Of a stretch of 64,000 nucleotides of DNA, positions 1-9,692 are shown in pieces. The notes below the pieces were generated by a model. The model worked only from the letters and a program-made list of their open reading frames with translations, did not search any database and was not told the origin of the DNA. Both the position numbers and the translations under genes were made by a program. The stretch is from Alphaproteobacteria bacterium (GTDB lineage Bacteria; Pseudomonadota; Alphaproteobacteria; Rs-D84; SZUA-605), in assembly GCA_031549385.1 (NCBI GenBank), contig JAVBPW010000006.1, forward strand, positions 27,935 through 91,934. The letters run 5' to 3'. The stretch's first letter is position 1, and the number at the start of each line of letters is the position of its first letter.

Positions 1-883
1 ATATATGGATCCAAAAAATAATGATGAATTTGCATCAAAAGATGCACTTAATTATTGGGGACAAGTTGACCTTTATGAAGGTGGTCAAGAACATACTACC
101 AGACACTTGCTTTATGCTCGTTTTTGGAATCAAGTTTTATTTGACCTTGGATTAGTGCCTAATAAAGAACCATTTAAAAACAGATTTTCTCATGGACTTA
201 TTTTGGCTGAAGATGGGTCTAAAATGTCTAAATCAAAAAATAATATAGTATCACCTGATGACGTTATTAATGAATTTGGTACTGACAGTCTTCGAATATA
301 TGAAATGTTTATTGCACCTTTTTCCGAAGATGCTGCTTGGTCTACTTCTTCTATTATTGGAGTTTCTCGTTTCTTAAATCGAGTTTATAAAATGATTGAA
401 AAAATTGAAGATCGTGAAATGAATAAAGAAGAGAAAGTTGCTATTAATAAAACTATTAAAGATGTGACTGAAAGAATGGAAGCAACTAAATTTAATACTG
501 TTGTTTCTGCTTACATGGAATGTTTGAATGCTGTTTCTTCTCAAGACAAGGTGGCTAAAGAATTCTTTGAAAAGTTTTTAGCTATACTTAATCCTTATGC
601 GCCTCATCTTTGTGAAGAGCTTTGGGAAAAACTAGGGCACAATGATATGCTCGTGTTTCATCAATGGCCAGAATATAATGAAAAATTCTTAATGAGTGAT
701 GAAATTAATTTCATTATTCAAATTAATGGAAAGCTTCGTTCAGAAATCAAAATCAAAAAAGATTTAGGCGAAGACGAAATTAAAAAATTAGCACTTGCTG
801 ATGAAAAAGCTTCTAAATTTATTGTTGGAGATATTAAGAAAATAATTATCGTTCCTAATAAATTGATAAATATAGTTGTATAA
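1..883 (+). CDS. leuS: Leucyl-tRNA synthetase, C-terminal part (5' end outside window)
   Basis: VDLYEGGQEH..HLLYARF and KMSKS motifs; C-terminal QINGKLR...INIVV. Confidence 0.96.
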   Translation, partial: YMDPKNNDEFASKDALNYWGQVDLYEGGQEHTTRHLLYARFWNQVLFDLGLVPNKEPFKNRFSHGLILAEDGSKMSKSKNNIVSPDDVINEFGTDSLRIYEMFIAPFSEDAAWSTSSIIGVSRFLNRVYKMIEKIEDREMNKEEKVAINKTIKDVTERMEATKFNTVVSAYMECLNAVSSQDKVAKEFFEKFLAILNPYAPHLCEELWEKLGHNDMLVFHQWPEYNEKFLMSDEINFIIQINGKLRSEIKIKKDLGEDEIKKLALADEKASKFIVGDIKKIIIVPNKLINIVV

Positions 884-908
884 AAAAGCTCCCAGTTGGG
901 AGCTTTTT
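883..908. terminator. Bidirectional intrinsic terminator
   Basis: AAAAAGCTCCC-AGTT-GGGAGCTTTTT between convergent genes. Confidence 0.85.
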
Positions 909-919
909 AATTAAAGTTT

Positions 920-1489
920 TTATTGGGCGAAGGAAACTGATTTTGTTCCTGGCTTTTTATTTAATTCACCTTGTGCTATTGCTAAATTCTTTTTTGCTTC
1001 TGCATTGTTTGCATCAAATCTTAATACTGCATTGAAATCTTCAATTGCTTCTTTATACATTCCAGAATTACCTTTGCAAATTCCTCTGTTTAAATATGCT
1101 GTTGCATTGTCTGGATTTAACTCAATTGCTTTATCATAATTTTTGATTGCTTCTTTGTAATTTTTCATCTTTGAATATGGAGCACCACGATGGAAGTATA
1201 TATCAAAATTATTTGGTTCTAATTTTTCTGCTTTATTAAAATCTTCTATAGATCCTAAGTAGTCACCTGTTTTACTTTTTAAGGTTCCTCTTTTTACTAA
1301 ATATTCTACATCGTTTGGATAAATTTCTATGGCCTTATCATAGTTTGCTATAGCGTCTTTATAGTTTCCTTTTTCAATTGCTTCTTCTGCTCTGTTTTTA
1401 TAGTCCGGTGTCGTTTCACAAGAAAATAAACACCACCCATATGAATTTGTTGCTGTTGCTAAACTTAAAGCAAGTAATAGTTTTTTCAT
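920..1489 (-). CDS. Secreted TPR-repeat protein
   Basis: Signal peptide followed by about four TPR units (YKDAIANYDKAIEIYP, YKEAIKNYDKAIELNP). Confidence 0.88.
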   Translation of the reverse strand: MKKLLLALSLATATNSYGWCLFSCETTPDYKNRAEEAIEKGNYKDAIANYDKAIEIYPNDVEYLVKRGTLKSKTGDYLGSIEDFNKAEKLEPNNFDIYFHRGAPYSKMKNYKEAIKNYDKAIELNPDNATAYLNRGICKGNSGMYKEAIEDFNAVLRFDANNAEAKKNLAIAQGELNKKPGTKSVSFAQ

Positions 1490-1530
1490 TTTATCAATCT
1501 CCTTTTTATATTCTTATCCTCATATAGTTC

Positions 1531-2118
1531 TTAAATTTTTTCTTTCAAGGCTAATGTTATTAATTGTGATAAATTTATTTCTGGGGTTTGATTCATGATT
1601 TTTGTTACTGTTTCATGAGCATCATTTTTCTTGTATCCTAAATTTACTAATGCTGATACTGCTTCATTTACTATATGTTTTATATTGTCGTTTATTACAC
1701 CTAATAATGGTTCATCAACATCTGCAACTTTTCCGCGTAATTCAGTTATTAAACGAATACCTAGTTTAGGTCCAACCCCTGGAACTATTTTAAATACATC
1801 TTTGTCACCAGAAATTATTGCACGGGACAAATCAGCAATTGATAAATATGATAAAATAGTTAGCCCTAATTTATTTCCTACACCTTGTACATTTGTCAAC
1901 TTTAAAAACCAATCTTTTTCTTGTGTGTCAAAAAATCCGAATAATAAAAATGCATCTTCACGAACACGAGTTTCTATTAAAATGGAAACTTCTTTTCCAA
2001 CTGTTAACTTTGATAGAGTGTTGTTTGAGGCGAACACTAAATAGCCTACCCCGCCTGCCATTATTATAGCAGAGTCTACGTTGATTGTATCAACTGTTCC
2101 ATTTAATTTTGCTATCAT
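1531..2118 (-). CDS. ruvA: Holliday junction branch migration protein RuvA (start moved to MIAKLNG)
   Basis: GGVGY, VREDA..LFGF, VPGVGPKLG HhH and ALVNLGY motifs; GAGGGG RBS upstream of 2118. Confidence 0.95.
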   Translation of the reverse strand: MIAKLNGTVDTINVDSAIIMAGGVGYLVFASNNTLSKLTVGKEVSILIETRVREDAFLLFGFFDTQEKDWFLKLTNVQGVGNKLGLTILSYLSIADLSRAIISGDKDVFKIVPGVGPKLGIRLITELRGKVADVDEPLLGVINDNIKHIVNEAVSALVNLGYKKNDAHETVTKIMNQTPEINLSQLITLALKEKI

Positions 2119-2204
2119 TTGTTTACCCCTCTTGATTTTCTTATTGTATTTATTTATACTCATTGCAAAACAGAAAGTCAAATCAATCATAAGGAATTAA
2201 GAAA

Positions 2205-2921
2205 ATGGCAGGACATTCAAAGTGGGCCAATATACAACATAGAAAAGGTGCCCAAGATAAAAAAAGATCTTCAATGTTTACTAAACTTGCAAAGGAAATT
2301 ACTATTGCTGCAAAAATAGGTGATCCTAATCCTGATATGAATCCTCGTTTGCGTTTGGCTATTAGCAATGCAAAAAAACTTTCTATGCCTAATGATAATA
2401 TTAAAAGAGCTATTGATAAAGCAACAAGCAATGCAGTAGATACTAATTATAATGAAGCAAGATATGAAGGTTATGGACCTGGAGCAATTGCTGTTATAGT
2501 TGAAGCGCTTACTGATAATCCTAATCGTACTGCGCCTGAAGTTAGAGCTACATTTAATAAAAATGGTGGAAATTTAGGAACTCCTGGTTCTGTTTCTTTT
2601 AACTTTGATAAAAAAGGTTTGTTCCTTTATGAAAAAAAAGTTGGCGATGAAGAAAAAGTTTTTGAAGTAGCATTAGAGGCTGGGGCTGATAATGTTGAAA
2701 TTGATGAAAATGGATATGCTATTACTTGTGATCCTAATGATTTTGCTAAAGTAATGGAAGCGCTGGAAAAAGCTTTTGGGGAAGCTCAATCTGCTGAACT
2801 TTCTTGGATACCTAAATCAACTGTTGCTGTTGATGAAGAAACACAAGCTAAATTAGACAAATTTATTGAAGCTATGGAAGATTTAGACGATGTACAAAAC
2901 GTTTATACTAATGTTGAATAG
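2205..2921 (+). CDS. yebC: YebC/PmpR family protein
   Basis: MAGHSKWANIQHRKG, YEGYGPG, TDNPNRT and DDVQNVY motifs. Confidence 0.96.
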   Translation: MAGHSKWANIQHRKGAQDKKRSSMFTKLAKEITIAAKIGDPNPDMNPRLRLAISNAKKLSMPNDNIKRAIDKATSNAVDTNYNEARYEGYGPGAIAVIVEALTDNPNRTAPEVRATFNKNGGNLGTPGSVSFNFDKKGLFLYEKKVGDEEKVFEVALEAGADNVEIDENGYAITCDPNDFAKVMEALEKAFGEAQSAELSWIPKSTVAVDEETQAKLDKFIEAMEDLDDVQNVYTNVE

Positions 2922-2942
2922 AACCTTACGTTCACGATTTAT

Positions 2943-2970
2943 AAAAAAAGGAGGCTAAGCCTCCTTTTTT
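2943..2970. terminator. Bidirectional terminator; stop codon of the 2955 ORF lies at the hairpin loop
   Basis: AAAAAAAGGAGGC-TAA-GCCTCCTTTTTT. Confidence 0.85.
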
Positions 2971-3569
2971 AATGTGTACAAATCGTACCGGTCAACTTGC
3001 CCCGAATAAGGGAAACAAGTTAAATACCTCGGTGTTACCACAATTTCACGATAGGTACATGGAATTTTATCAAGAGTTAGGAATGATAAAAAACCTATAC
3101 CCTTTTCGCTTTCTATCATTGAACCTACCAGTTCTTTGATATATTTGCGACCAATTACCATTTCGCTTTCTCGGCCTTTGTAAAATTTTTCTCCGTCAGG
3201 CAATTTATCTTCAATAAATGAAAAAACACCATTCGTTTTTTCAAGCATTGTATAACTGTTTTCATTTAAGAAAACATAAGGTCCACGAAAAATACGAGAT
3301 GCTTCTTCAATGTTTGATAACCGGCTGACTTTGTTGCCTTTTATCATTACTATAGCTTCTTTGAGTGAGTACCAATCATGTAGAATGATTAAGTTTTTTT
3401 CTACATGATCTTGCTGATGAAGCTCAATTGTATGATACTCATCAGGAAGTAACTCTCCTTTGATAACCGCTGCACAGTTGCTTTTTCCTTGGAACACAAA
3501 ATTTGTATTGTTTAAGGAAAAATGAATCATCTTGTTAAGCGCTTGGGCTTGTTTTAAATTTGTTTTCAT
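2955..3569 (-). CDS. Hypothetical protein (AAACTTAA cassette gene)
   Basis: 204-aa ORF; TTGACT at 3628-3623; AAACTTAAA starts 20 nt before ATG; no SD. Confidence 0.75.
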   Translation of the reverse strand: MKTNLKQAQALNKMIHFSLNNTNFVFQGKSNCAAVIKGELLPDEYHTIELHQQDHVEKNLIILHDWYSLKEAIVMIKGNKVSRLSNIEEASRIFRGPYVFLNENSYTMLEKTNGVFSFIEDKLPDGEKFYKGRESEMVIGRKYIKELVGSMIESEKGIGFLSFLTLDKIPCTYREIVVTPRYLTCFPYSGQVDRYDLYTLKKEA

Positions 3570-3656
3570 TATGTTTATTATTTAAGTTTGAATATCGCTA
3601 TTTAACTATTTTAATCCCATTTAGTCAAGTTTTTTTTATTTTTATATTAGAATAAG

Positions 3657-3712
3657 TTGACAAAATTGAATATTGATTGTAAAGTACTCCCATAAACTTA
3701 AAAAATAGAAAT
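3657..3712 (+). promoter_or_regulatory. Cassette promoter and AAACTTAA leader
   Basis: TTGACA-17bp-TAAAGT; AAACTTAAA at 3694. Confidence 0.75.
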
Positions 3713-3889
3713 ATGAGTTTACATAGTGAGCAATTCGAAATGTATGAAAATTTCAAGAACGGGATTTTACCCGCTGAGGAATTTTACGATTATGTTGAAA
3801 AACATGGTCTTGTAAAGCAACTTCAAGCTCAATTAATTAGTGATTTTTGGGATATTTGGTCTGAAAAAACAAAAAAATATGATGATTGA
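3713..3889 (+). CDS. Small hypothetical protein, 58 aa (cassette gene, absent from ORF track)
   Basis: MSLHSEQFEMYENFKNGILPAEEFYDYVEKHGLVKQ...; own promoter, leader and terminator (3910-3933); similar to the repeats of the next ORF. Confidence 0.78.
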   Translation: MSLHSEQFEMYENFKNGILPAEEFYDYVEKHGLVKQLQAQLISDFWDIWSEKTKKYDD

Positions 3890-3941
3890 GTTGCTTTGAT
3901 AGCTAAATTGAGTGGTTAAAGCCCACTCTTTTTATTTTTTG

Positions 3942-4005
3942 TTGACAAAAATAATTTTGAGGATTATATTTTGAATAAATTCATTAATATTAAACTTAAA
4001 AAAAT
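3942..4005 (+). promoter_or_regulatory. Cassette promoter and AAACTTAA leader
   Basis: TTGACA-17bp-TATATT; AAACTTAAA at 3992. Confidence 0.78.
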
Positions 4006-4401
4006 ATGAATACTAAAAGAAATGCAAATGAAGAGCTTGAAATTCTTCAAGACTTTATAGATGGGATCATGGATCCCGACGAACTTTATCAGTATATTAT
4101 GCTGAACGGATTACATGTGTCTGTGCAATGGAGGGCTTTTGCGGAACTTTGCGTTCAAAAATTTAAAAGCAACCCGAAAGACTTTGAAAATATAAATTTC
4201 GATGATGCAGAAATTATTGCAAAAACTCTCGACGAAGAGCGAGATTTTTACAATGGTTTTGCTAAAGGTACAGTTAACCCGGAGGATTTGAAAACTTATA
4301 TATTAAAAATTGGGTTAGATCCGGAGGTGATTGTGGAACTTATTGCTGACCTCGAGGATCTTTTATATCCGGTCAAAATCCGAGAAGAGGATGACGAGTA
4401 A
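4006..4401 (+). CDS. Acidic hypothetical protein with two internal repeats (cassette gene)
   Basis: FIDGIMDPDELYQYIMLNGL and FAKGTVNPEDLKTYILKIGL; terminator 4423-4452. Confidence 0.8.
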   Translation: MNTKRNANEELEILQDFIDGIMDPDELYQYIMLNGLHVSVQWRAFAELCVQKFKSNPKDFENINFDDAEIIAKTLDEERDFYNGFAKGTVNPEDLKTYILKIGLDPEVIVELIADLEDLLYPVKIREEDDE

Positions 4402-4465
4402 GGCAAATTTGTGAAAAGGGTGAGAGTGGCTTGATAGGCCACTCTTTTTTTTATTTTCTTAAAGA

Positions 4466-4533
4466 TTGACAAATAGGATTATAAGCAGTAAATTTAAATG
4501 GTTATTTTATAATCAAACTTAAATAAATCCCTT
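4466..4533 (+). promoter_or_regulatory. Cassette promoter and AAACTTAA leader
   Basis: TTGACA-17bp-TAAATT; AAACTTAAA at 4515. Confidence 0.75.
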
Positions 4534-5073
4534 ATGAATCAAGAAAAAATTAATCCACTAGCTGGATGGAAAGCAACATTAGACAGTGCAGAAATAAATT
4601 TGCAAGAATCATTGCAGATTTTTGTTCAAGAAACAAATGATAGACTACCTCATTTGGTTGAAGAGTCTTTCTTTCGATTGAGTTACTTAACCGGTAACTT
4701 CAATCTGGTTGAACAATACTGTACATACGGTAAATTAGTCAGTAAAGACATTCACAAGCGAATGAAGCTTGAGCAGATTAAATACCTGCTTAAAGAAATG
4801 TTTAGACCGGAAGACGAATTATACCTTCACTATGGCGAAGGGTTCGGAGATGGTTTGGAAGAACTTGCTGAGGAAATGAGTGAATTTTATTCTGAAGAAT
4901 TTCAGGAATTTTTCCTTAAAGCATGTTGTTCTACTGAAAGGCGGGAAGCTATTACTACATTTTGTAGTAAGCTGTTTTTAAATGAAGCCTCTGTGATGCA
5001 GGAAATTAACCTGTATTACATCCGTAGAGAAAAAATGCAGATGGCTCTTTTTGGGCATACTGTGCAGAATTAA
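4534..5073 (+). CDS. Acidic hypothetical protein (cassette gene)
   Basis: 179-aa ORF; terminator ATAAGCGGC...GCCGCTTAT at 5091-5122. Confidence 0.78.
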   Translation: MNQEKINPLAGWKATLDSAEINLQESLQIFVQETNDRLPHLVEESFFRLSYLTGNFNLVEQYCTYGKLVSKDIHKRMKLEQIKYLLKEMFRPEDELYLHYGEGFGDGLEELAEEMSEFYSEEFQEFFLKACCSTERREAITTFCSKLFLNEASVMQEINLYYIRREKMQMALFGHTVQN

Positions 5074-5137
5074 TGTTGTTGGAAATTTTTATAAGCGGCT
5101 TTCAGGGGCCGCTTATTTTTTTATTTATAATATTATT

Positions 5138-5163
5138 GAGATTGCTTCGTTCCTCGCAATGAC
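5138..5163. repeat. Fragment of a GTCATTGCGAG/GAAGCAATC-type palindromic repeat element
   Basis: GAGATTGCTTCGTTCCTCGCAATGAC resembles the end of widespread RPE-like palindromic elements; single copy in this window. Confidence 0.5.
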
Positions 5164-5168
5164 AATAA

Positions 5169-6986
5169 TTATTTATTTTTTCCTAACATTTTCTTTCTTA
5201 ATGTATAGTCTAATTCTTTCTTACGTATTCTTATAACTTTTGGTGTTACTTCTACTAACTCATCATCTTTGATATAAGATAACGCTTCTTCCAATGATAT
5301 TCTTCTTGGAGGAGCTAATTGAATCTTTTCATCACTTCCTGATGCTCTTACATTTGTTAGCTGTTTTCCTTTGATTGGATTTACTTCTAAATCTGTGTCT
5401 TTTGAATTTTCACCAATTATCATTCCACTGTAAACGTCTACACCTGGCTCAATAAACAATGTTCCACGAGGTTGAATATTAAATAATGCGTATGCTACTG
5501 ATTGGCCATTTTCCATAGAAACTAGCACTCCATTACGGTAGCTTTCTATTTCACCTTTGTATTCTTTATATGAATCAAAAATACGATTCATTATTCCTGT
5601 ACCACGAGTATCAGTTCTGAATTCTGAAAGATAGCCTATTAATCCACGAGATGGAGCAATAAATGTTAATCTTGTTTTGCCTATACCTGATGATTTCATT
5701 TCTGTCATATCAGCTTTTCTTTTATTCATTTTTTCAACAACTATGCCTGAGAACTCTTCGTCTACATCAATAGTTACTTCTTCGTATGGTTCTAATTTCT
5801 TTCCATCTTCTTCTTTTAACAATACTCTTGGACGTGATACTGATAATTCAAATCCATCACGACGCATTGTTTCAATTAAAATTCCTAATTGTAATTCTCC
5901 ACGCCCTGCTACTTCAAATGCATCATTGTTTGCTGATTGTGTAACTTTTAGAGCTATATTTGTTTCTGCTTCTTTGTTTAATCTGTCACCTATCATTCTT
6001 GATGTTAGCTTTGTGCCACCTGAACGGCCTGCAAGTGGTGAAGTATTAACAGAAAAAGTCATTGCCAATGTTGGAGGATCAATTGGTAATGACTCTAATG
6101 GCTGAGTTACTTCCAATGCACATAGCGTATCTGCCACTGTTGCTTTAGAAAACCCAGCGATTATTACTATATCCCCAGCGGTTGCTTGTTCAACAGGTAC
6201 TCTTTGAATACCTTGAAAGGTTATAATTTTTGTTATTTTACCTTGTTCTATTATTTTTCCGTCTTTATCTAATGCTTTTACTGGTTGGTTCATCTTTACT
6301 ATACCAGTTTGTACTTTACCTGTTAGAATACGGCCTACAAATGGGTCAGCTTCTAATGTAGTTGCTAACATTGAAAATGGTAATGATGTGTCCGCTTTTG
6401 GAGCTGGTACATGGTCTACTATTGTTTCAAATAATGGAGTTAGGTCTTTTCTTTCGTCTTTGTCTAAGTCCTTTACTGCCCATCCGTCACGGCCTACTGC
6501 AAATAGTGTTGGAAAGTCTAATTGTTTTGATGTTGCGCCTAATTTATCAAATAAATCGAATACTTCACTGTGTACTTCGTCTGCTCTTGCGTCTTGACGG
6601 TCTACCTTATTTATAATTACTATTGGGTGTAAGCCTAGCTTTAGAGCCTTTGATAATACGAACTTTGTTTGTGGAAGTGGACCTTCTGATGAGTCTACTA
6701 ATAATACTACACCGTCTACCATAGATAATATACGTTCTACTTCACCACCGAAGTCTGCGTGCCCTGGAGTGTCTATGATATTTATCTTATAGTCATTCCA
6801 TATAACTGATGTTGGTTTAGCACTTATTGTAATACCACGTTCTTTTTCTATATCTCCGCTGTCCATTACGCGTTCTGCTACCTTTTCATTTTCACGAAAA
6901 GTGCCTGATTGTTTTAACATTGAGTCTACCAAGGTTGTTTTACCGTGGTCTACGTGGGCAATAATTGCTATATTTCTGATTTCCAT
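5169..6986 (-). CDS. typA: Translational GTPase TypA/BipA
   Basis: IAHVDHGKTT, DTPGHADFGGEVER, GRGELQL and EVTPK motifs. Confidence 0.97.
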   Translation of the reverse strand: MEIRNIAIIAHVDHGKTTLVDSMLKQSGTFRENEKVAERVMDSGDIEKERGITISAKPTSVIWNDYKINIIDTPGHADFGGEVERILSMVDGVVLLVDSSEGPLPQTKFVLSKALKLGLHPIVIINKVDRQDARADEVHSEVFDLFDKLGATSKQLDFPTLFAVGRDGWAVKDLDKDERKDLTPLFETIVDHVPAPKADTSLPFSMLATTLEADPFVGRILTGKVQTGIVKMNQPVKALDKDGKIIEQGKITKIITFQGIQRVPVEQATAGDIVIIAGFSKATVADTLCALEVTQPLESLPIDPPTLAMTFSVNTSPLAGRSGGTKLTSRMIGDRLNKEAETNIALKVTQSANNDAFEVAGRGELQLGILIETMRRDGFELSVSRPRVLLKEEDGKKLEPYEEVTIDVDEEFSGIVVEKMNKRKADMTEMKSSGIGKTRLTFIAPSRGLIGYLSEFRTDTRGTGIMNRIFDSYKEYKGEIESYRNGVLVSMENGQSVAYALFNIQPRGTLFIEPGVDVYSGMIIGENSKDTDLEVNPIKGKQLTNVRASGSDEKIQLAPPRRISLEEALSYIKDDELVEVTPKVIRIRKKELDYTLRKKMLGKNK

Positions 6987-7079
6987 TTGAGTACCTTAAA
7001 TTTTTTAGTCTGGGGTCGAGGATATACCATTTTTTTTGAAGACACAAGGAAAAAATGCAGCTTTTTTAGCTGCACTTCT

Positions 7080-8654
7080 TTAATTACCTAATCCGGCCTT
7101 TATAAATTCCTTAAATAAAGGGTGAGATGTGAATGGAGATGATTGGTATTCTGGGAGAAATTGTACTCCTATAAAAAATGGATGGTCTTCTATTTCTAAT
7201 ATTTCTGGAAGGTGATTTTCAGCTGCTCTTGCTGAGATTGTCATTCCACACTTCTTTAGAGTGTCTTCAAACATATCGTCCAATTCATAAGCATTTCTGT
7301 GGCGTTCAAGAACACTGTCTTGTCCATATACTTTGTGAGCCAAAGTATCTGGCTTGATTTGACATGTGAAATTGCCTAAACGTAGTTTTCTTGAATCGTA
7401 GGCATATACTACCGCTGTACAGTTTGCTTCAAATTCTGCAGAATGAGCGTCTGAAATACCTGCTACATTCTTTGCAAATTCTACGGCTGCTAATTGAAAG
7501 CCTAAACCAATACCAAAATATGGGATTTTGTTTTCACGAGCGTATTTAATTGCTCTTATCTTTCCTGGAATACCGCGAGAACCAAAGCCACCTGGAACTA
7601 ATATTCCTTTTACATCTTTAAATAGTTTTTCTATTTCTTCGTCTGATATATTTTCTAAACTTTCTGATGGGATTTGTTTTACATTTACTTTTACATTATT
7701 TGCTATACCTGCATGGAAAATAGCTTCGTTTAATGACTTGTATGAATCTGGAGTTTCAAAATATTTTCCTACCATTGCTATTGTGGTTTCTTTTTTGTCT
7801 GATGAAAGATAGTTTGCTATTCTTTCCAATTTTGATAAATCAACTGGCTGTTTTGGTTCAACTGTAAAATGTTCCAATATTCTTTCACATACGTGTTGTT
7901 CTTCATAAGCTAATGGGATTTTATAAATATTGTCTAAATCAAGAGCTGTAATTACTGACTGTGGTGCTAGGTTACAAAATAGAGCTAATTTTTCACGATC
8001 ATCTTTTGATAATGCAACTGATGAACGACATAGTAATAAATCAGCTTGAATTCCTTTTTCTAATAATGCTTTTACTGATGCTTGAGTTGGTTTTGTTTTG
8101 AGCTCTTTGGCTGAATTTATATATGGTACTAATGTCAAATGCACAAACATTGAATTTCGACGTCCAACTTCATTTGCAAATTGACGAATTGCTTCCAAGA
8201 ATATTAGGCCTTCTATGTCGCCTACAGTACCGCCTATTTCATATATAGCAAAATCTTCTTTTTGACCGCGTTTCTTGATATGTTCTTTTATTTGATTGGT
8301 AATATGAGGAATCATTTGAACTGTGGCACCTTTATAATCACCTGCTCTTTCTTTATTCAAAACTTCCCAATAAATACGACCGCCTGATACAGAATCGTCT
8401 TTACTTAATTTAATGCCTAAAAATCTTTCGTAATAACCTAAATCTAAATCAGTTTCATAACCGTCATGAGTCACAAAAACTTCACCATGTTGAAGAGGTG
8501 ACATTTGCGATGGGTCTATATTTAAATATGGATCGAATTTTCCTACACGAACTGTGAATCCACGAGCTTGTAATAATGAACCTAATGATGCTGCAGCAAC
8601 ACCTTTACCTAGCGATGAAACTACACCGCCTGTTACAAAAATATATTTTGTCAT
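7080..8654 (-). CDS. pyrG: CTP synthase with a degenerate glutaminase triad
   Basis: GGVVSSLGKG, EIGGTVGDIE, KTKPTQ, VPGGFG; but GIGLG replaces GICLG and QFLPE replaces QFHPE. Confidence 0.93.
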   Translation of the reverse strand: MTKYIFVTGGVVSSLGKGVAAASLGSLLQARGFTVRVGKFDPYLNIDPSQMSPLQHGEVFVTHDGYETDLDLGYYERFLGIKLSKDDSVSGGRIYWEVLNKERAGDYKGATVQMIPHITNQIKEHIKKRGQKEDFAIYEIGGTVGDIEGLIFLEAIRQFANEVGRRNSMFVHLTLVPYINSAKELKTKPTQASVKALLEKGIQADLLLCRSSVALSKDDREKLALFCNLAPQSVITALDLDNIYKIPLAYEEQHVCERILEHFTVEPKQPVDLSKLERIANYLSSDKKETTIAMVGKYFETPDSYKSLNEAIFHAGIANNVKVNVKQIPSESLENISDEEIEKLFKDVKGILVPGGFGSRGIPGKIRAIKYARENKIPYFGIGLGFQLAAVEFAKNVAGISDAHSAEFEANCTAVVYAYDSRKLRLGNFTCQIKPDTLAHKVYGQDSVLERHRNAYELDDMFEDTLKKCGMTISARAAENHLPEILEIEDHPFFIGVQFLPEYQSSPFTSHPLFKEFIKAGLGN

Positions 8655-8773
8655 TTCCTTCCCTTTAAAACTTTCTATTTTTTATACATACAAATATAAT
8701 AGTTTATTTTCCTATGTCAATTTTGAATTTATATTTTGGAAATAAAAAAATCTTGCTGAATGCAAGAAATTTG

Positions 8774-8818
8774 TGGTAGCGGGAGAGGGATTTGAACCCA
8801 CGACCCACGGATTATGAT
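8774..8818 (-). pseudogene. 3' half of split tRNA-Met (att junction)
   Basis: ATCATAATCCGTGGGTCGTGGGTTCAAATCCCTCTCCCGCTACCA on the minus strand with no adjacent 5' half. Confidence 0.9.
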
Positions 8819-9062
8819 ACCCCAGCGCACGAGGAAAAATACCTTTGACCCTGGCGGTTTTCTGCGGCTTTCGCAAACCTTTGTATCGGCTGGTGTCTAC
8901 ACGGTGTAAAACCATCCACCACCGCCCGCCTGTGTTAAACAGCCTTGTTTTGCCGTGCGGCGAAAGCGAAATATTTTAGCAAAACCTAAAAATAAGTGGC
9001 ATTTTTGAATGTTTGAGGGTATAGTTACATTAACATAAAAAAGCAACTTATAAGGAAATACA

Positions 9063-9692
9063 ATGTCATATAAAGTTATTGCGGCGCTTGGCGACAGTAT
9101 CACAAACGGTTATTGGGACGAAACCTTTCAGGGATGGTTTGGGCGATTGGCACAAAAAATTTCTGCCACATATCCTCAGTCCTTTGGATTCCACAACTTA
9201 TCTCAAGATGGCGATAGAATCTGCGATTTTTTTCACCGTTTTGCAGCCGAAGGTTGTTCGCGTGAAATTGATATCTTAATCGTAACTGCAAGTGGAAATG
9301 ATCTGGTGCGCAGTCCAACTCCAGATAGCCCGCAAGACTTATCAGAGCATTTACGTAACGAGTATTGGCATAAACTACTAGACTTGGCGCAAAAAAATAT
9401 TCCAAACATCATTGTAATGGACGCGTTGCCACGTCATAAAGACGATACTGTTGCATACGGTTGGTTTGATGCACCTATGTTTGAACCAAACTCAGACCGT
9501 ATAGAATATAATAATCAGGTGGCAAAAATTTGTGCAGACCGGAAAATCCCCTTTGTCCGTCGGTACGACAAATGGTTGACGCGCGATTTATCAAAACTCT
9601 ATGTAGATACTGCCCATCCAAATGGCGAGGGACATCAATTTATAGCTGATGGAGTATATGAAGAATTGAAAAAGTTGGGAGTATTGAAATGA
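9063..9692 (+). CDS. SGNH/GDSL family hydrolase
   Basis: GDSIT block I, GND block III, DTAHPN block V. Confidence 0.9.
   Translation: MSYKVIAALGDSITNGYWDETFQGWFGRLAQKISATYPQSFGFHNLSQDGDRICDFFHRFAAEGCSREIDILIVTASGNDLVRSPTPDSPQDLSEHLRNEYWHKLLDLAQKNIPNIIVMDALPRHKDDTVAYGWFDAPMFEPNSDRIEYNNQVAKICADRKIPFVRRYDKWLTRDLSKLYVDTAHPNGEGHQFIADGVYEELKKLGVLK

Noticed and set aside
8712-9103. Short minus-strand ORFs of 67-68 aa as an integrase remnant
   Set aside because: They overlap the tRNA half and att region and show no recombinase motifs.
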